Assembly: GCA_951406725.2 (NCBI GenBank)
Contig: OX597819.1
Coordinates: 73,408,001-73,472,000, forward strand
Direction: 5' to 3'
DNA from: Octopus vulgaris
Taxonomy: Eukaryota
Length of the DNA stretch: 64,000 bases
Below the pieces are notes generated by a model. The model ran no database searches. It was not told the origin of the DNA and saw only the letters and a list, made by a program, of their open reading frames with translations. Position numbers and translations under genes: made by a program. Positions 13,140 to 26,269 of this stretch are shown in pieces. The stretch's first letter is position 1. Every line of letters starts with the position of its first letter.

Positions 13140-14060
13140 CTGTCGTTGGTGACCTCTTGCCGATTCCTCATTAACAGGGTCCTTCACAACGTAACTTAAT
13201 GAACCATCAGTGACTGGGGAATGCCAGGGGACCTACATGATATGGAGCCAGCTTGGCCTGTGCCCCACTGACATACATCCTCTCCTCCCCTCTGTGGACG
13301 TTCACTCCTCTCAAAAGAAACAAGACATTATCCAGTGTAGCATGACTGTGGATGAATTAGTGTGGCAACTTGAGCAGCACCGTCAGGCATGTTTCTGCTC
13401 GGCCTCTGAGCCTCACAGTGGAGCCTGGCTCAATGGAGTGCCATCACTCACAACTGGCACTCAGCTTGATAGCGACTGCCTGTGCATTGGCATTTCCCTG
13501 AGGCTTGGTCTCCAGATTTGTGAGCCTCATGACTGCTGCTGTGGATTCGCTGTGGATTCTTTCAGCCTCCACTCACTGTCATGCCATCATAATACTGGCT
13601 GCCTTCCATGCCATGCACCCTTAAAATCATAAAGCATGGCCTTGACACTGAAGACTTCAGTTACCAGCTTGAGCCAGTGGTATAAGACTGAGGGAACAGT
13701 AAAAGACCTGACAATAAGACAATTTTCTTGTTCCATGGTGGTAGGCCCCTCATTTAGGATGCCAAATGCTGTGATATCTTCTCCAGTGGCAACTTGGTGT
13801 TGTCAGCTACCAACCCAGGTTCTGTTGCTTATCAGGCTGGGAAAAGCAAACCTGTCGAAGTATTGGTCGTTCTCTGATAGGTTTATGGTTGAGCCTGAGG
13901 CAGCGGAGACTTCTGGCATTCCTGCCCCCACCGCCAGACCATATACCTGCTCATCCCTATCAGGGTGGAGATTGCTGTCCACAAGTGCAAGCTTGTGAGT
14001 CAGTGCATCTCCCTTGTTACCCTCTGGGGCAATGCCTTTTCCATTTTGTCTGCTGCTGCC
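13140..14060 (+). mobile_element. CRE-clade (restriction-like endonuclease) non-LTR retrotransposon, decayed 3' fragment
   Basis: HSGAWLNGVPS...LCIGISLRLGLQICEPHDCCCG..VDSFSLHSLSC....G...CH matches the conserved pre-RLE zinc-knuckle region of CRE-like elements; followed by frameshifted LEP..G....KRPD-like sequence. Confidence 0.75.
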
Positions 14061-14287
14061 ACAAGAAATGTTTCTATATTGTGAGAGGCAATATTCTCTG
14101 TCTTTACATTTGTACAGACTATGTAAGGCATATAATAATTAAATGAAGATATTTATTACATACTAGCAAATACAGCCATCCTTTGGACGATTTAAGTTGC
14201 TTTGGTGGTATTTTTTCACCAAATAATTGAACTACGACTGAAAAGTATACACACACATACTGAGATTTATATGTACTAGATTATATA

Positions 14288-14560
14288 TCATCATCATCAT
14301 CATTTAATGTCTGTTGTCCATGCTGGCATGGGTTGGATGGTTTGACCAGGGCTGGCAAGCTGGAAGGCTGCACCAAACTCCAGTCTGTTTTGGCATGGTT
14401 TCTATGGTTGGATCCTCCTCCCTAATGCCAATCACTCTGGGTGCTTTTACGTGCCATTTGCATGACACCGATGTCTGCCACAACTGTGGTTTTACTCGGA
14501 TTGATGGGTCTTCTCAAGAATGGCATAATACCAAATGTTCTCAGACATTGCCTCCATGAA
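14288..14560 (-). mobile_element. RTE 3'UTR fragment
   Basis: (CAT)n followed by TTTAATGTCTGTTGTCCATGCTGGCATGGGTTGGATGG as at 880 and 16294. Confidence 0.7.
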
Positions 14561-14999
14561 GCCCAGTATAAATTTTATAAATCCTAGCTTAGAGTAAACC
14601 ATTATTCCTGACCTTCATTGACTTGGGTACCATGTACTGTATTCTGATGGTCACTAAGTAAACTAGGCCATTGAAAAATGCCTTGTGACAGCTGTTCAAG
14701 CCATGTACAATGACATTAAAGTGCGATGACTTGAGTGAGGCATTTACTGTGTGGGCTGCTTCTCAGAACCCCCCTCCTATTCATCACTGTCCTCCAGGCC
14801 ATCACGGGGTAGTTTAAGACTGACTGTTCATGGGAACTGGGTTTCCAGTTTTGGGATTGTTGAATGTAGGCAAAGTCCTTAATGTTTCATTGAAATGAGA
14901 TTCTGTCCAGCTTTAAGACTTAAAATTGAAGGTTTCCTTCCTGAAGTGGTGTTTTACCAGAATGAGTGGCTGCCCTGACCATCCCTGCAGTTGCCTTGA

Positions 15000-15259
15000 G
15001 TATAGTAGTAGTAGTAGTAAAAGGAGAAGGAGGAGGAGGAGGAGTAGCAATAATAATGGTACTAGAATTAATTGTAGCAGCAGCTATAGTAATAATTGAA
15101 GTGGTAATAGTAGTAGTAATAAGACTAGTAGTAGTGGTAGTAGTAGTAGTGGCAGCAGCAGCAGTAGTAGTAGCAGTTGTAGTAGTAGTAGTAGCAGCAT
15201 CAATAGTAGTAGTAGTAGTAGTTGTAGTAGTAGTAGTAGTTGTAGTAGTAGTTGTTGTT

Positions 15260-15306
<47 letters not shown>

Positions 15307-15518
15307 TGTAGTCGTAGTAGTAGTAGTAGTCGTAGTAGTAGTAGCAGAAATGGTAGTAGTAGTAGTAACAGTAGTAGTAGCAGCAGCAGCAAGAGTAATA
15401 GTAGCAGCAGCACCAGTAGTTGTGATAGTGGTGGTATTAACAGTAGTTGTAGTGGTGGTGGTGGTGGAGGTGATGGTGGTGGTGGTGGTGGAGGTGATGG
15501 TGGTGGTAGTGGTGGTGA
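15000..15518. repeat. (TAG)n/(GTG)n trinucleotide tract
   Basis: Read directly; source of the poly-T/V/L ORFs. Confidence 0.95.
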
Positions 15519-16293
15519 CAGCAAATAACAGCATCAACTGTATTAATATTTGATAAATAAAAAAAAACAACCTCAAGCGCATATCACACAAATCCCTTTA
15601 AATGATATCAAACCAGCAACACGGTTTGATATCATTACTTCTGCCGCCAAAAATACTGAAATTTAGGGATTCTGCAATTCACATGATTTATGATTGTTTT
15701 GTTTTTGCTTTTATTTTTGCTTGCATGTTTTACTTGTTGCATTAGCAAAACGACTGCAATATTGCATCTGCAACGTTGTCCCTTCACATTTTCAGCAGAA
15801 AATAATCAATGAGATGCACTTTTTCTCCTCGCTTTATCTATCTATGAATGGCAGATCCTTTAGGGGCTTACAAGGGAGTAAATGTAGCTTTAACTGCATT
15901 GCATATGAGAAGGGTGCAGTGGTGGTGGTGGTGGGGGACAGAAGGGGAGGAGGAAGAGAGGGGAGAAAGATGGGAGGAGGAAAAGAGATTCTTGAAGAAA
16001 TCAGCAGGTAATATTAGGATCATTCATTCTTCAGATTTTCCTTCCCTTAACTTATTCTTTTCTCTTTTATCATCCACCACCTTTCGAAGTGATTTCTTCC
16101 AAGCTGTGGATCCTTCCAAAGTGTAAAACAAAATAAAAACAACAACAATTGTAATCACCATCATCATCATCAGCAGCAGCAGCAGCAGCATAAGTACCAT
16201 CCTGTATTCCGCAAGAATTCAAGAAAGATTCTTGATATTTGAAGAAATGTTTTGTCACCAACCCTGAGAACAACATCCTTGCTAACTAAGTAA

Positions 16294-17140
16294 CATCATC
16301 ATCATCATTGTTTAATGTCCGTTTTCCATGCTAGCAAGGGGTTGGATGGTTCAACCGGGGTTTGGGAAGCCAGGAGGCCGCACCAGGCTCCAATCTGATC
16401 TGGCAGTGTTTCTACAGCTGGATGCCCTTCCTAATGCCAATCCCTCCGTGAGTGTAGTGGGTGCTTTTTACATGCCACCGGCACGAGCCCAGAGGGGTCT
16501 GGCATCAACCACAATCAGATGGTGCTTTTTACGTGTCACTGGCATGGGAGCCAGTCAAGGTGGCACTAGCATCAGCCACATTCGGATGGTGCTTTTTATG
16601 TGCCACCGGCACGGGGACCACAACTATGATTTCCATTGATTTTGATTTTGAAGTACAGCATGTTACCCTACGATCCAAGGTACTTTTTGAGTGGGTTGGT
16701 TATGCAACACTGGTGTAGGTTACAGCTGTGAACTCACTTTATTTACGGGTCTTCTAAGTCACAGTATTTCTCCAGAGGTCTTGGTCTTTCATCATTGCCT
16801 CTGTGAGGCCCAACGTTCGAAGTTCATGCTTCACCGCCTCATCCCATATCTTCCTGGGTCTTCCTCTATCCTGGATTCCTTCCACTGTTTGAGAGTGGCA
16901 CTTTTTCACACAGCTCTCCTCATCCATCCGTAGTACATGACCATACCAACACAAAGTCTCTCTTGCACACTACATCCAATGCTTCTATGTCCAACATTTC
17001 TCTCAGGGCACTTACATTCTGCCGTGTGTGCACACTGACATTATACATCTAACGGATCATGCTAGCTTCATTTCTTTTGAGCCTACGCATGTCTTCAGCA
17101 GTCATGGCCCATGTTTCACTACAAGGGACCAAGACATGTC
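16294..17140 (-). mobile_element. RTE LINE 3' fragment
   Basis: ORF 16754-16954(-) WYGHVLRMDEESCVKKC...VEGIQDRGRPRKIW..DLWR; same 3'UTR and tail as 880-1684. Confidence 0.9.
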
Positions 17141-17359
17141 GGACAATATCAAAGGATGAGTCACAGCACAAAAAATTACAAAAACATGTGGAGTTAATAT
17201 TGATGAAGGAGAGATACTACCACATTGAAGGATATAACAGATGATGCCCCCATAAAAGATGATGTAATTCAAAATATAAACAATAACAAACCATAAAATA
17301 AAATTTTATTTTTCAAAGCAAAACAAAACAGTAAGAGGGAAATAATGTTTATTTTTGTC

Positions 17360-17485
17360 TACTTCCACTTTATTTATACTTGAAAAGTTTCCTCCTACTT
17401 TTTTGAATTGCAAAGTCTTTGATCAAATTCTCAAAATTAATCTTAGGTAACACATCTGCATCTATACTTAGTAGAGATAAAGGCA
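17360..17485 (-). mobile_element. hAT transposase C-terminal remnant
   Basis: LSLLSIDADVLPKINFENLIKDFAIQKSRR resembles the end of the hAT dimerisation domain (LALLSIE..IDF..II..FA..K.RK). Confidence 0.55.
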
Positions 17486-18099
17486 TCCTGAATATTATTT
17501 TAGCATGTTTAAAGTGATTTCTATTGTGCTGTAAACCACTTACCATTTCTGTGATGCCCCCTCTTTCCCTTGATGCCCTAAGCATGTGCTTATTTTGGTT
17601 AATGGTTAATCCTGCGCTGGGGTAAGTATCAGAACATTCTTCTTCCCTTCCTACTTTGTTCAACATCAATTTCTGTGACTTCAGTATTTTTAACCATTTT
17701 TTTTTTTGTCAGATTTATATGTTTGAAACGTTATCAACATTACGAAAGCTACACTTGTGAAAATGGATCTCTGCAAAATTTCATTAAAAAATATTTATTT
17801 TAAAGAGAGTTAGGAAGAAGCAATGTTCTCAATGTAACTGTTGTCACTCCTCACAAAAATGCACATCTGCAAAATTTTATTTAAACATATAGAATTTTAT
17901 AGAGCTATGAAAAAAATTGTGGGGCCTTAATCTGTAGATATGCCTATATATATATATATATATATATATACCAATTAAGGACTGAACACGAAAAGTGGAC
18001 AGTCAACATGCTAGATATAGACGTCAAATCGCCATTCACCACAAAAGATTATATATATATATACGAGCAAATCGTTCCCCCGTCCAATGGACGGTGTGC

Positions 18100-18662
18100 T
18101 GAGTTGTCAAACATTTAAGCCAAATTTTCTTAAAACAACTTGTCCAACCGTCCCATAGGCCTCCCCTTTGAGAAAGGCTGTTTGCACACAGGTATCATTG
18201 TCTACCTTTGACTCTGAGCAAGAGGCTTTTTGTTACCAGCAGAGGAAGGAGCTCTCTGACCTTTGCCTATGCTATTCTTATTCTAGCAGCTATGCTCTCA
18301 GAGCATCCACCCCCACTACTGACTTGGTTACCTAGGTAACAAAAGCTGTCAACTACTTCTAGTTTTTTTCCCCTGGCATGTGATGGAAGCTGTTTTCTGC
18401 ACATTTTCAGTGTTTATTTCTCCTGTGCATTTGCCACACACAAAAACGATCTTCCCAGTTAGTCTTCCTTTGATATTGCTGCACCTCTTATGTGTCCATA
18501 GCTTGCACTGGGTACATCTTATAGAATTTCTACCTATGTCTTTTCTACAGATTGAGCAGGGCCATCTACCCAAAGGGATTTGTGATTTGTTTGCCTTCCT
18601 ATTTACTAAGACTTTGGTTTTTGCTAGATTCACTCTAAGGTCCTTCAATTCTAGACCTTGCT
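18100..18662 (-). mobile_element. RTE LINE internal RT fragment carrying a PHD-type finger
   Basis: GLELKDLRVNLAKTKVL followed by CxxC-x10-CxxC-x4-H-xx-C-x14-CxxC, then frameshifted FCYLG..VSSGGGCSESIAARIRIA. Confidence 0.8.
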
Positions 18663-19790
18663 TCAAAAAATAGTAATGGCAGATACCCAGCTTATTCAAG
18701 AAATGAAGAGGCATCCTGAAATTGTAGCCTCAGAGGCTGAGCAAAAGCGATTTAAAAATAACTCTGTTTTTAAAAGTTGCCAGATCTTTTGTCTGCAAAG
18801 TTAGGAAGGAGTTAGAAGTTTCAGATGAAAAAAACATCATCAGTATTGAAATGCAAAATACATTCCCAATACTTTGGTACACTCAGAACACCTGAATTTA
18901 TTCAACAAGTTCAGCAGATCATTCATGGAAATCCCCCAAAATCCACGAGGTCAATAGCTATAGAGCTCCATGTGTTTGAAAGGACAATCAGAAATGTTGT
19001 CCACAAAGATATCTTGTACAAGTCTTATGTGATGAGGAGAGGTCAATTCATGTCAGAAAGAAAAAAGGTGGGGGGAAGGACAATTATTTGTTCAGATCTA
19101 AAAGGTTATCAAATTTAAAAATGCAGAACGCGACAGAATTTGGATTTTTTCAGATAAGAAAAACCTGAACCAAGTGCAAAAGATAAAAATAACAAATGGT
19201 TATGTTCAAGCCCTTCTGGTGTTCCAACAGTCATGCACACAAAATTTCCTGCATCTGTCATGGGTTTTAGAGTTGTCAGTAATGAAGGACAATGTGATGC
19301 CTCCTCACTTCTTTTCCCCAGGCCTTAGAGTTAAGTCTGCTGGCTACAGTGAGGTCTTGGAAACAGTTGTGAAGCCCTGGTTAGATAGAATATGCAATCG
19401 AAGGCTGTATGTGTTTCAGCAGGACTTGGTACCATCACATAGGGCTCAAGCAATTCAATAATAATGAATGGCTGACAATTTTCATGATCACATAACCTCT
19501 AACATTTGGCCTTCAAACTCAAAAGATCTCAATCCATTGGACTATTTACATGTGGCGCATTGTTGTGAGAGTGGTCAGTCAACATTACCATAACACCAAG
19601 GATTCTTTGAATGCTGCCACAGCCAGAGTAATGTCCAATATGAACCAGGACCATTAAATTCGGGCATATAGAAGATTCAGATCTTGCATAGAAGTAGTTG
19701 TTTATGCAGAAGGTGGCTACATTCAGTAAGATTATGAAGAAAATAATCTTGTCTATATTTAATCTGGTCTATTCTTTTGTCAACAAAGTT
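18663..19790 (+). mobile_element. Tc1/mariner-superfamily maT-type (DD37D) transposon, decayed
   Basis: FSDKKN, VMPPHFF..GLRV..Y.EVLETVVKPW, FQQD...WPSNSKDLNPLDY; 38 codons between the last two D residues including an apparently duplicated TAA. Confidence 0.85.
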
Positions 19791-19799
19791 TTGTTTTTA

Positions 19800-20168
19800 T
19801 CCATCAGGATAATGCTTGGCCACATACAGCGAGGATGAAGACATTCCAAAGGCTGGAGCAGTTTGAATGTGAAACGATGACCTACCCACCATATTCACCA
19901 AACATTGTCCCATCTGATTATCATTTATTCTGCAGTCTTCAATATCATTTGGACGGGAAAATATTAATTCTGTAGACGGGGTAAGAACGGTATTGGAAGA
20001 ATATTTTTTGTAGCAGGCAAGTAAATTTTAGAAGAGAGGCCTTGCATGTCTACCAGATATATGGAAGAGTATTGTAGAAAATGAAGGAGAGTATATTTTA
20101 GATTAAAAAAGAACTTTGTTTATCTTAATTTTGAAAAATAAAAGAAGTATTTAAAAACCGCATTATTA
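19800..20168 (+). mobile_element. mariner (DD34D-type) 3' fragment
   Basis: HQDNAWPH...YPPYSPNIVPSDYHLF...ENEGEYILD* read across stops. Confidence 0.8.
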
Positions 20169-21357
20169 TATATGTCTATAATCCTCCTTCTGCACACGAG
20201 GTTTTCGATAAGGAAGAATAAAATGTCAATATTTGTTATTGAGTAAGACTATTACTGTTAGAATTCCATTTACAACTTACCTGATTCTTTAGTTAATCTA
20301 TCCCAGAAAGATGAATGGCAAAGTTGGGCTTGGTGAGATTCGAACTCAGAATGTAATCGCTCAAACGTTTCTGTCAGCACAACCACCATAGCTGGTTAAA
20401 GTGAATGAGATAAGCTTCATGTTTTGCCAACAATAAATGAATAAACAGATAAATCAAGTTAAATCCACATACATACATGTCTACTTATCTGTCTGTCTGT
20501 CTTTCTATATATGGAGAGAGCGAGAGAGAAAGAGATAGTGAGGGATATATATATTTATATAAATAGATAAAGATAGATAGATACAAGAAATAAAGCGAAA
20601 CAGAGTGACATGCAAATTAAATGACTGGATTAAAAAATATAATAGTTAATACACAAAAACAAAAAAAAACAAAAACAAAAAAAAATTAATTAATTCTAGA
20701 AAACAAACAATTGAAATGAAACAAGAAAAACCCAATAAAAGCAACAATTTTTGCACTGTCTGCCACTTATTGCGTCTGTGTAATCAGATCAATATTATTA
20801 TTATGGATAATAATAATAATTAAGCTAATCAATGTGGTGAGGTGGTTTAACAGACAACAAGTAATTAGCAAATAGCAACAGAGGCTGCATAAATAACATC
20901 GACAACAACAATAGTAGCAATTACAAGCAACAACCATACTTGCTTGATCTGTTAGAAATAGCAGCTAAATTTTCTAGAAAAATCCCTTTGCTGTCGGGTC
21001 TTTTCCGTTTGATGTAGAGAGCCCGATATTTTTGAAAGTTTATGCATAGATGTACCTTTCCTTGATAACTGCAAAAATAAAATTCGTTTGGATGACAAAT
21101 TAATAAATAATAAAACAATTTATGGACCTTTAAATCAAAGAGTGAATTTTTTGTTTTTTTTGGTAATTTTAGGCAATCAGAAGCCTCCACTATCAACATA
21201 TCTTCTATTTGTTTCAGTCTCTGGACTATGGCCAAGCTGGGACACTACTTTGAAGGCTTTTAGTTGAACAAATCAACCTTGGTACTAGTTTTTTTTAAAT
21301 CTGTTACTTATTCTATTGGTGTCTTTTGCTCACTCAATAATAATAATAATAATAATA

Positions 21358-21575
21358 ATTCTTTCTACTGGAAACACAAGGCCTGAAATTTTGGGGCAGA
21401 GGATAGTCAATTACATCAACCCCAGTGTACTATTGGTACTTATTTTCTCGACCCTGAAAGGATGAAAGGCAAAGTTGATCTCAGCAGAATTTGAACTCAA
21501 AATGTAAGGCTGGGCGAAATGCCGTTAAGCATTTTTGCATGGCATGCTAACGATTCTGCCAGCTTGCTGTCTTCT
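21358..21575 (-). mobile_element. SINE family B (tRNA-like head, Meta-domain-like core GTCGACTTTGCCTTTCATCCTTTCGGGGTCGATAAA); further copies near 25060, 27000, 27690-28150, 32383, 56390-56945, 62310-63365
   Basis: Recurrent GAAAGGATGAAAGGCAAAGT.GACCTC.GC.GAATTTGAACTCAGAA block; the MetaSINE resemblance is from memory, not from an alignment. Confidence 0.85.
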
Positions 21576-22549
21576 TAATAATAATATGGAATTACCAAAT
21601 ACATCAAATATTTCACATTTACCTGACAAATTGAATCAATTTGTTGAATAAAATAGTCAAATATTATGCCATCTACCTCTCTCTAATGGTGTTCTCCAAG
21701 GCTTCATTCTAGGTCCTCTTTTTATTCATTATCTATTGAGCAATATACCCATGGCTTCAAAATTATTTAATTTTGTTCAACATGCACATGATGCCTCACT
21801 AGTTTCCTCTTACACATTTAATGCAGTGGTTCATCGTGTATTTTTCTGTCTACATGTTAACAAGCTTGCATGTATTGACTATGACGTTACTAAACTTTGA
21901 CTGAGTTTTCATGTATTTTACTAATCTGCATTGTTATATTTACAAACATGCATTCAATACAAATGTACATTCAATGAATTAATGAATTAATGTTTGATGA
22001 ACTTAACTGTTAGAAACCTTCTGCCTACCGCTTGCTAAATGAAGGTAGAGCAAGGAAATTAATTACTGCATGTAATTAATGAATGTGACTGAACACCACA
22101 AGTAAAGATTAGTGTCTTTTGTCAACTACAACATAAACATGTTACTTAAAATTGATAGATGGGGAGAACAACTTGTTGAGAGAAGTGATACAGATTCCAT
22201 TAGACAGCAGTGGCTCTCTAGTTAAGTTGAATTTTCCTGTCTTTTTATAGCTTTTAGTCATCTTTTTCAGCCAATCTATTTGGCAAGAAAACTCACTTCC
22301 TTTGAAGTTTTGGCACCTCAATCTTTATAAGTCAGCCAGTGCTGATTGGTCGAGCTATATGCATGTAGGTGTTATCTTTTATGGCAACAGTTACTTTTTA
22401 TGGAATATATAAGTTCATGGGTCTACACTAGGAAAACCTGAGAGCTATGGCTCAAATTTCAACTGGAGTCTCACTACATAAGTTTTGAGGACTAAATAGA
22501 ATAGATACAAACAACTTAAATTTATTATTTTTTCAGATGCCTGCTATTG

Positions 22550-23150
22550 TTATTTCCTTTGCTTCTCCAACTTTTCTGAGTATAAAAGCCTCAAGTGACT
22601 GTTACTGCCACATGTATAGCAACTGGGATTTCTGCTGTGCACCACAAGCTTTAATTTCTGCCTTTGCTGTGTGTTACAACTCTGGAATAATCTTGTAGTG
22701 TTCAAGAGATCATTAGGACTTGCATATCCATGCACAGCCCACCTGACCACAAATAATTTTGTGTTATCTGCTAACCACCTACCTCTACTGTATTGTAAAG
22801 ATGAAAATGAACCAAGGGTCACCATCACCACTAACGTCTGTGGCTGTGACCTTTGTATTCCACTTCCTCTCTATGTATAGTGACACCAACCCATGGACTC
22901 ACTAACTCAGCCTGTTGACTTGCTTCATCCTCAATCTTGTACACACTTTTAGATGCCTAAAACTAGTTGAGGGAAATGCCATCATTCCACATATTGGTCA
23001 GAGCATCTAGCTAATCTTTTTGGGACACATAAAAACCTCTTGTTTTTAGCACTTCCATTCTTATCTGTTTCCTAGCTGTATTCCTTGGGCAACAACACAC
23101 TATACCTTGCAATATACAATATATATGAGCTCGGTGTACTCTCTGGTTGA
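22550..23150 (-). pseudogene. Decayed gag/ORF1-like sequence with a zinc knuckle
   Basis: KLKLVVHSRNPSCYTCGSNSHLR (CxxCxxxxH) in ORF 22550-22831. Confidence 0.45.
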
Positions 23151-23214
23151 AAAGTTTATTTCTGCACTTGAAATATTCTGATGGGACGTTCATGTTGTTT
23201 TGAATGCTGAAATG

Positions 23215-24823
23215 AAATGATCCTTCTTATTGTGAGTTCCCAGATGTGATCTCAATCATCACACAACATGCTCAAAAGAATGTTCTCTGGGTGGGCAAAA
23301 AACCCATTTTTTGGATGACATTATCAATCATCCTTTGATATTGATTTGGAAGATATCTTGAAAGCTTAATCTTTTGAAATAAATGCAGAGATCCAAAACT
23401 GCATGATTGTGTGCCTTTGATTTCAAACCAAGCCACTTGCATCACAAATGTTACCAAAGTTACAAGTCCATCAGAAGGACAAGCTTTTGCAATATATAAT
23501 TGAAGGATTCTAATGGTGGTTGTTAGCAATCTGGAATGAGAGACTGGTTCAGGTTTTCTGTGAGCCAGGTCGTTATTTATTATACCAGAGCTTACTCCCT
23601 CAAAAAGCATAAGTGATAGCTTTTGGTCATTGCTCAAGTCTAAGTTTTGGCTTTGTGACAAACGCTAGCACTTAATAGGAACAAATTTGACAACTGGATG
23701 ATTTTCACACTCTTTTATTTCCTTTCCAATTATTCCAGAGTAGCTTGATGGTCCTGATGTTAACCCGTCAATAAATATGAATCAATGTCTCAACAATAAT
23801 TCATTTGTGTAAAGGAGACAGATTAAGCATTGGAGTGGATGCTCAATACTTTCTTCTAGTGATCGAATGACACCATTATGGATTCTAACATTTACATTCA
23901 TCCCATCACAGCCAACCACAGTTAAATCATCCGAAACATTTTTTTCAGCAAAGAATGATAATATCGTTGATGCAATAGCTGATGACTGACCAGAACCAGG
24001 GGTTATACGATCAACATAGAATGAATTGGGTTCTTCAATCAAAACAATGTTTTCTTCAGAACCGATCTGAGGATAGAATTTGGTTGCCTTTTTTACTTGA
24101 ATCCTTGTTTGGTCTTTTCTTCCGTGAAAGTAGAGTGCTTCTAAGTTTTGAACAACACTCTCTCTTGCAAGTATTTGGTTCTTTCTCTTCTTATTTTAGA
24201 ATGGTCTATTACTTGACCATGATCTTCTTCTGTTACTATGTTTAAATCTGTGAGTAGGGCAGAAGCAACAGCTGCTGCAGATCAGCCTGACAGCCAATAT
24301 CTATCACATTCTCGTGCAAATGTTGGTAAATTGATTTTTATTTATTTATTTACTTTTCTTTCATTTCTTTCTTCCCAGTAGACATCCTTTTTTGAGGAAC
24401 ATTGCCCCTTTTCTCGCACAGAACTATTCATTTTCATTTCTTTTTCTAAGCATTTTTTCTAATCGCTTTTCCTATGCAATACTTCTTCGTGTTGCACTTA
24501 AAACTGCAAACATTCGTTTATAAAAAAGTACATAACGTCCGAACAAATAAATGGATTTTCATGCAACCTTCATCATTCTTTTTCTCATTGAATAATAAAC
24601 AATGCTGAATAGCACGACTATAGACATAAATTTCATAGTTTGAGCCCTATTGTAAAAAATTTATTAAACTCTCCCAATTTCGGAGCTTGTGGGATTTGAG
24701 GGAGTAAATACCCTTGACTTATCTAAGCGAAAATTTAGCATTTTTCTAGTAATAATATATAGCCAGATTTTAGGTCTCAAGGCCTTTTCAATTTCCACAA
24801 TTTTTCATTTTCACTCCACCCTA
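23215..24823 (-). mobile_element. hATm-like DNA transposon, decayed, one terminus retained
   Basis: VVGCDGMNVN..HNGVIRSLEE...PLQCLICLLYTNELLLRH, DG.TSGP..YSG.IGK, DLSNDQK and HSRLLTT motifs; terminus TAGGGTGGAGTG on minus at 24823-24812. Confidence 0.75.
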
Positions 24824-25837
24824 ATATACATACCTCTGTAACTGTCATTTTCCCTTTTTCTGTCTATTTTTGAGAAAAATCTGTTGGTTTTTGGTAGGTA
24901 GGAGATATAAATGTTGCTATCACTTTTGTGGGAGCCTTCTCCTACTGCCACCACAGCGGATGCCAACCTCATAAATATTTTTTTATCACTCAATGACAAA
25001 ACTGAATTTATTTTTATGCCAAAATATAAAATCTTTTGCTTTTACAAATAGGGGGAATTTCACTGATACTTATTTTTATGGACCCCCACCCCAACTAAAA
25101 GAATGAAAGACAAAGTGAACTTGGTGGAATTTGAACTCAGAGCATAAAGAGCCAGGCGAAATGCAGTTAATCCTTTTTCCTGACTCTTTAACAATTCTGC
25201 CAATAATTTTTATTGGTCACAAAGCCCTAAAATGTTGAGAATCATTAAAAGATGAAATAAAAAAAAAAGAAGAAAAACAATGGATGGGGGAATAAGTGGT
25301 TCACAGTGTGAAGTGGTTGGCATTAGGAAAGGCATCCAGCTGTAGAAACCACATCAAAGCTGACAATTGGAGTAAGATGCAGTCCTTGATTCGTAGGATC
25401 CTTGACAAACCATTCAATTCATACCAGTACGATAGATGGACATTAAATGATGATGATGATGATGCTGGTGGTGGTGGCAATAAAAAACAATAACAAAAAA
25501 ATAAAGAACAATAAAGTAACAACAAGAAAGGATTCCCCAAAATGGCTGGTGACCATATAGCGTTATTAAAGGTAAATCAAACAAAATCCAAGAATACCTT
25601 GAAATACCAAAAAAAAAAAAAAAGAATAGTGCCTTCTTTCAGTTCTTGCTGCCTGTCTATAGCTGCAAGTTAAAACAAACTCATTTTGTTACATCAACTC
25701 TGCTTCTCATGGACATTTTTCAGGAAATTTACTGAAGAAGGACAGCAGCATCTCCTGCTCTCCCCCTCGCCTCCCTCTTCAAGTGCCACTTGAAGATGTT
25801 GACAAAAGGTTTGGCTTGAGAGGAAGAGCTCTCTGTC

Positions 25838-25891
<54 letters not shown>

Positions 25892-26269
25892 AGGCTTTCA
25901 ACTGCATCAATCACACAACTTGAAACCTATATCTTACCACCACCACCAACACCACTACTGCTGCTGCTTCCACTGCCACTGCTGCTGCAGAAACTATAAC
26001 AGCCTCAACAATAATGAATCAACAAGGACATCTCAAAGTGGCAACTTGACCTGTTAGAAACAATAGACAAATGTCTCTTAAATGACGCCCAACCACAGTA
26101 AAAAAAAAAATAGTAAAGAATGTAGTTCTTGATATATAAAAAGAAGGCCCAATCATGGCTGGAATGCCTTTTGTTGTGATCCTACTCGATTTGGGTTTAC
26201 CTGGGGTTAAACAATGACTCCAACAATAAATACGACTTATTCCCCCCACCAGATATTACACTCATACTA

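Noticed and set aside
14920-15591. Poly-Thr mucin-like ORF (223 aa) and overlapping poly-Val/Leu ORFs; likewise 9869-10354
   Set aside because: Trinucleotide tract open in several frames, no domain or splice support
21685-21800. GV.QG.ILGPL-like RT trace
   Set aside because: Too short and decayed to classify or bound
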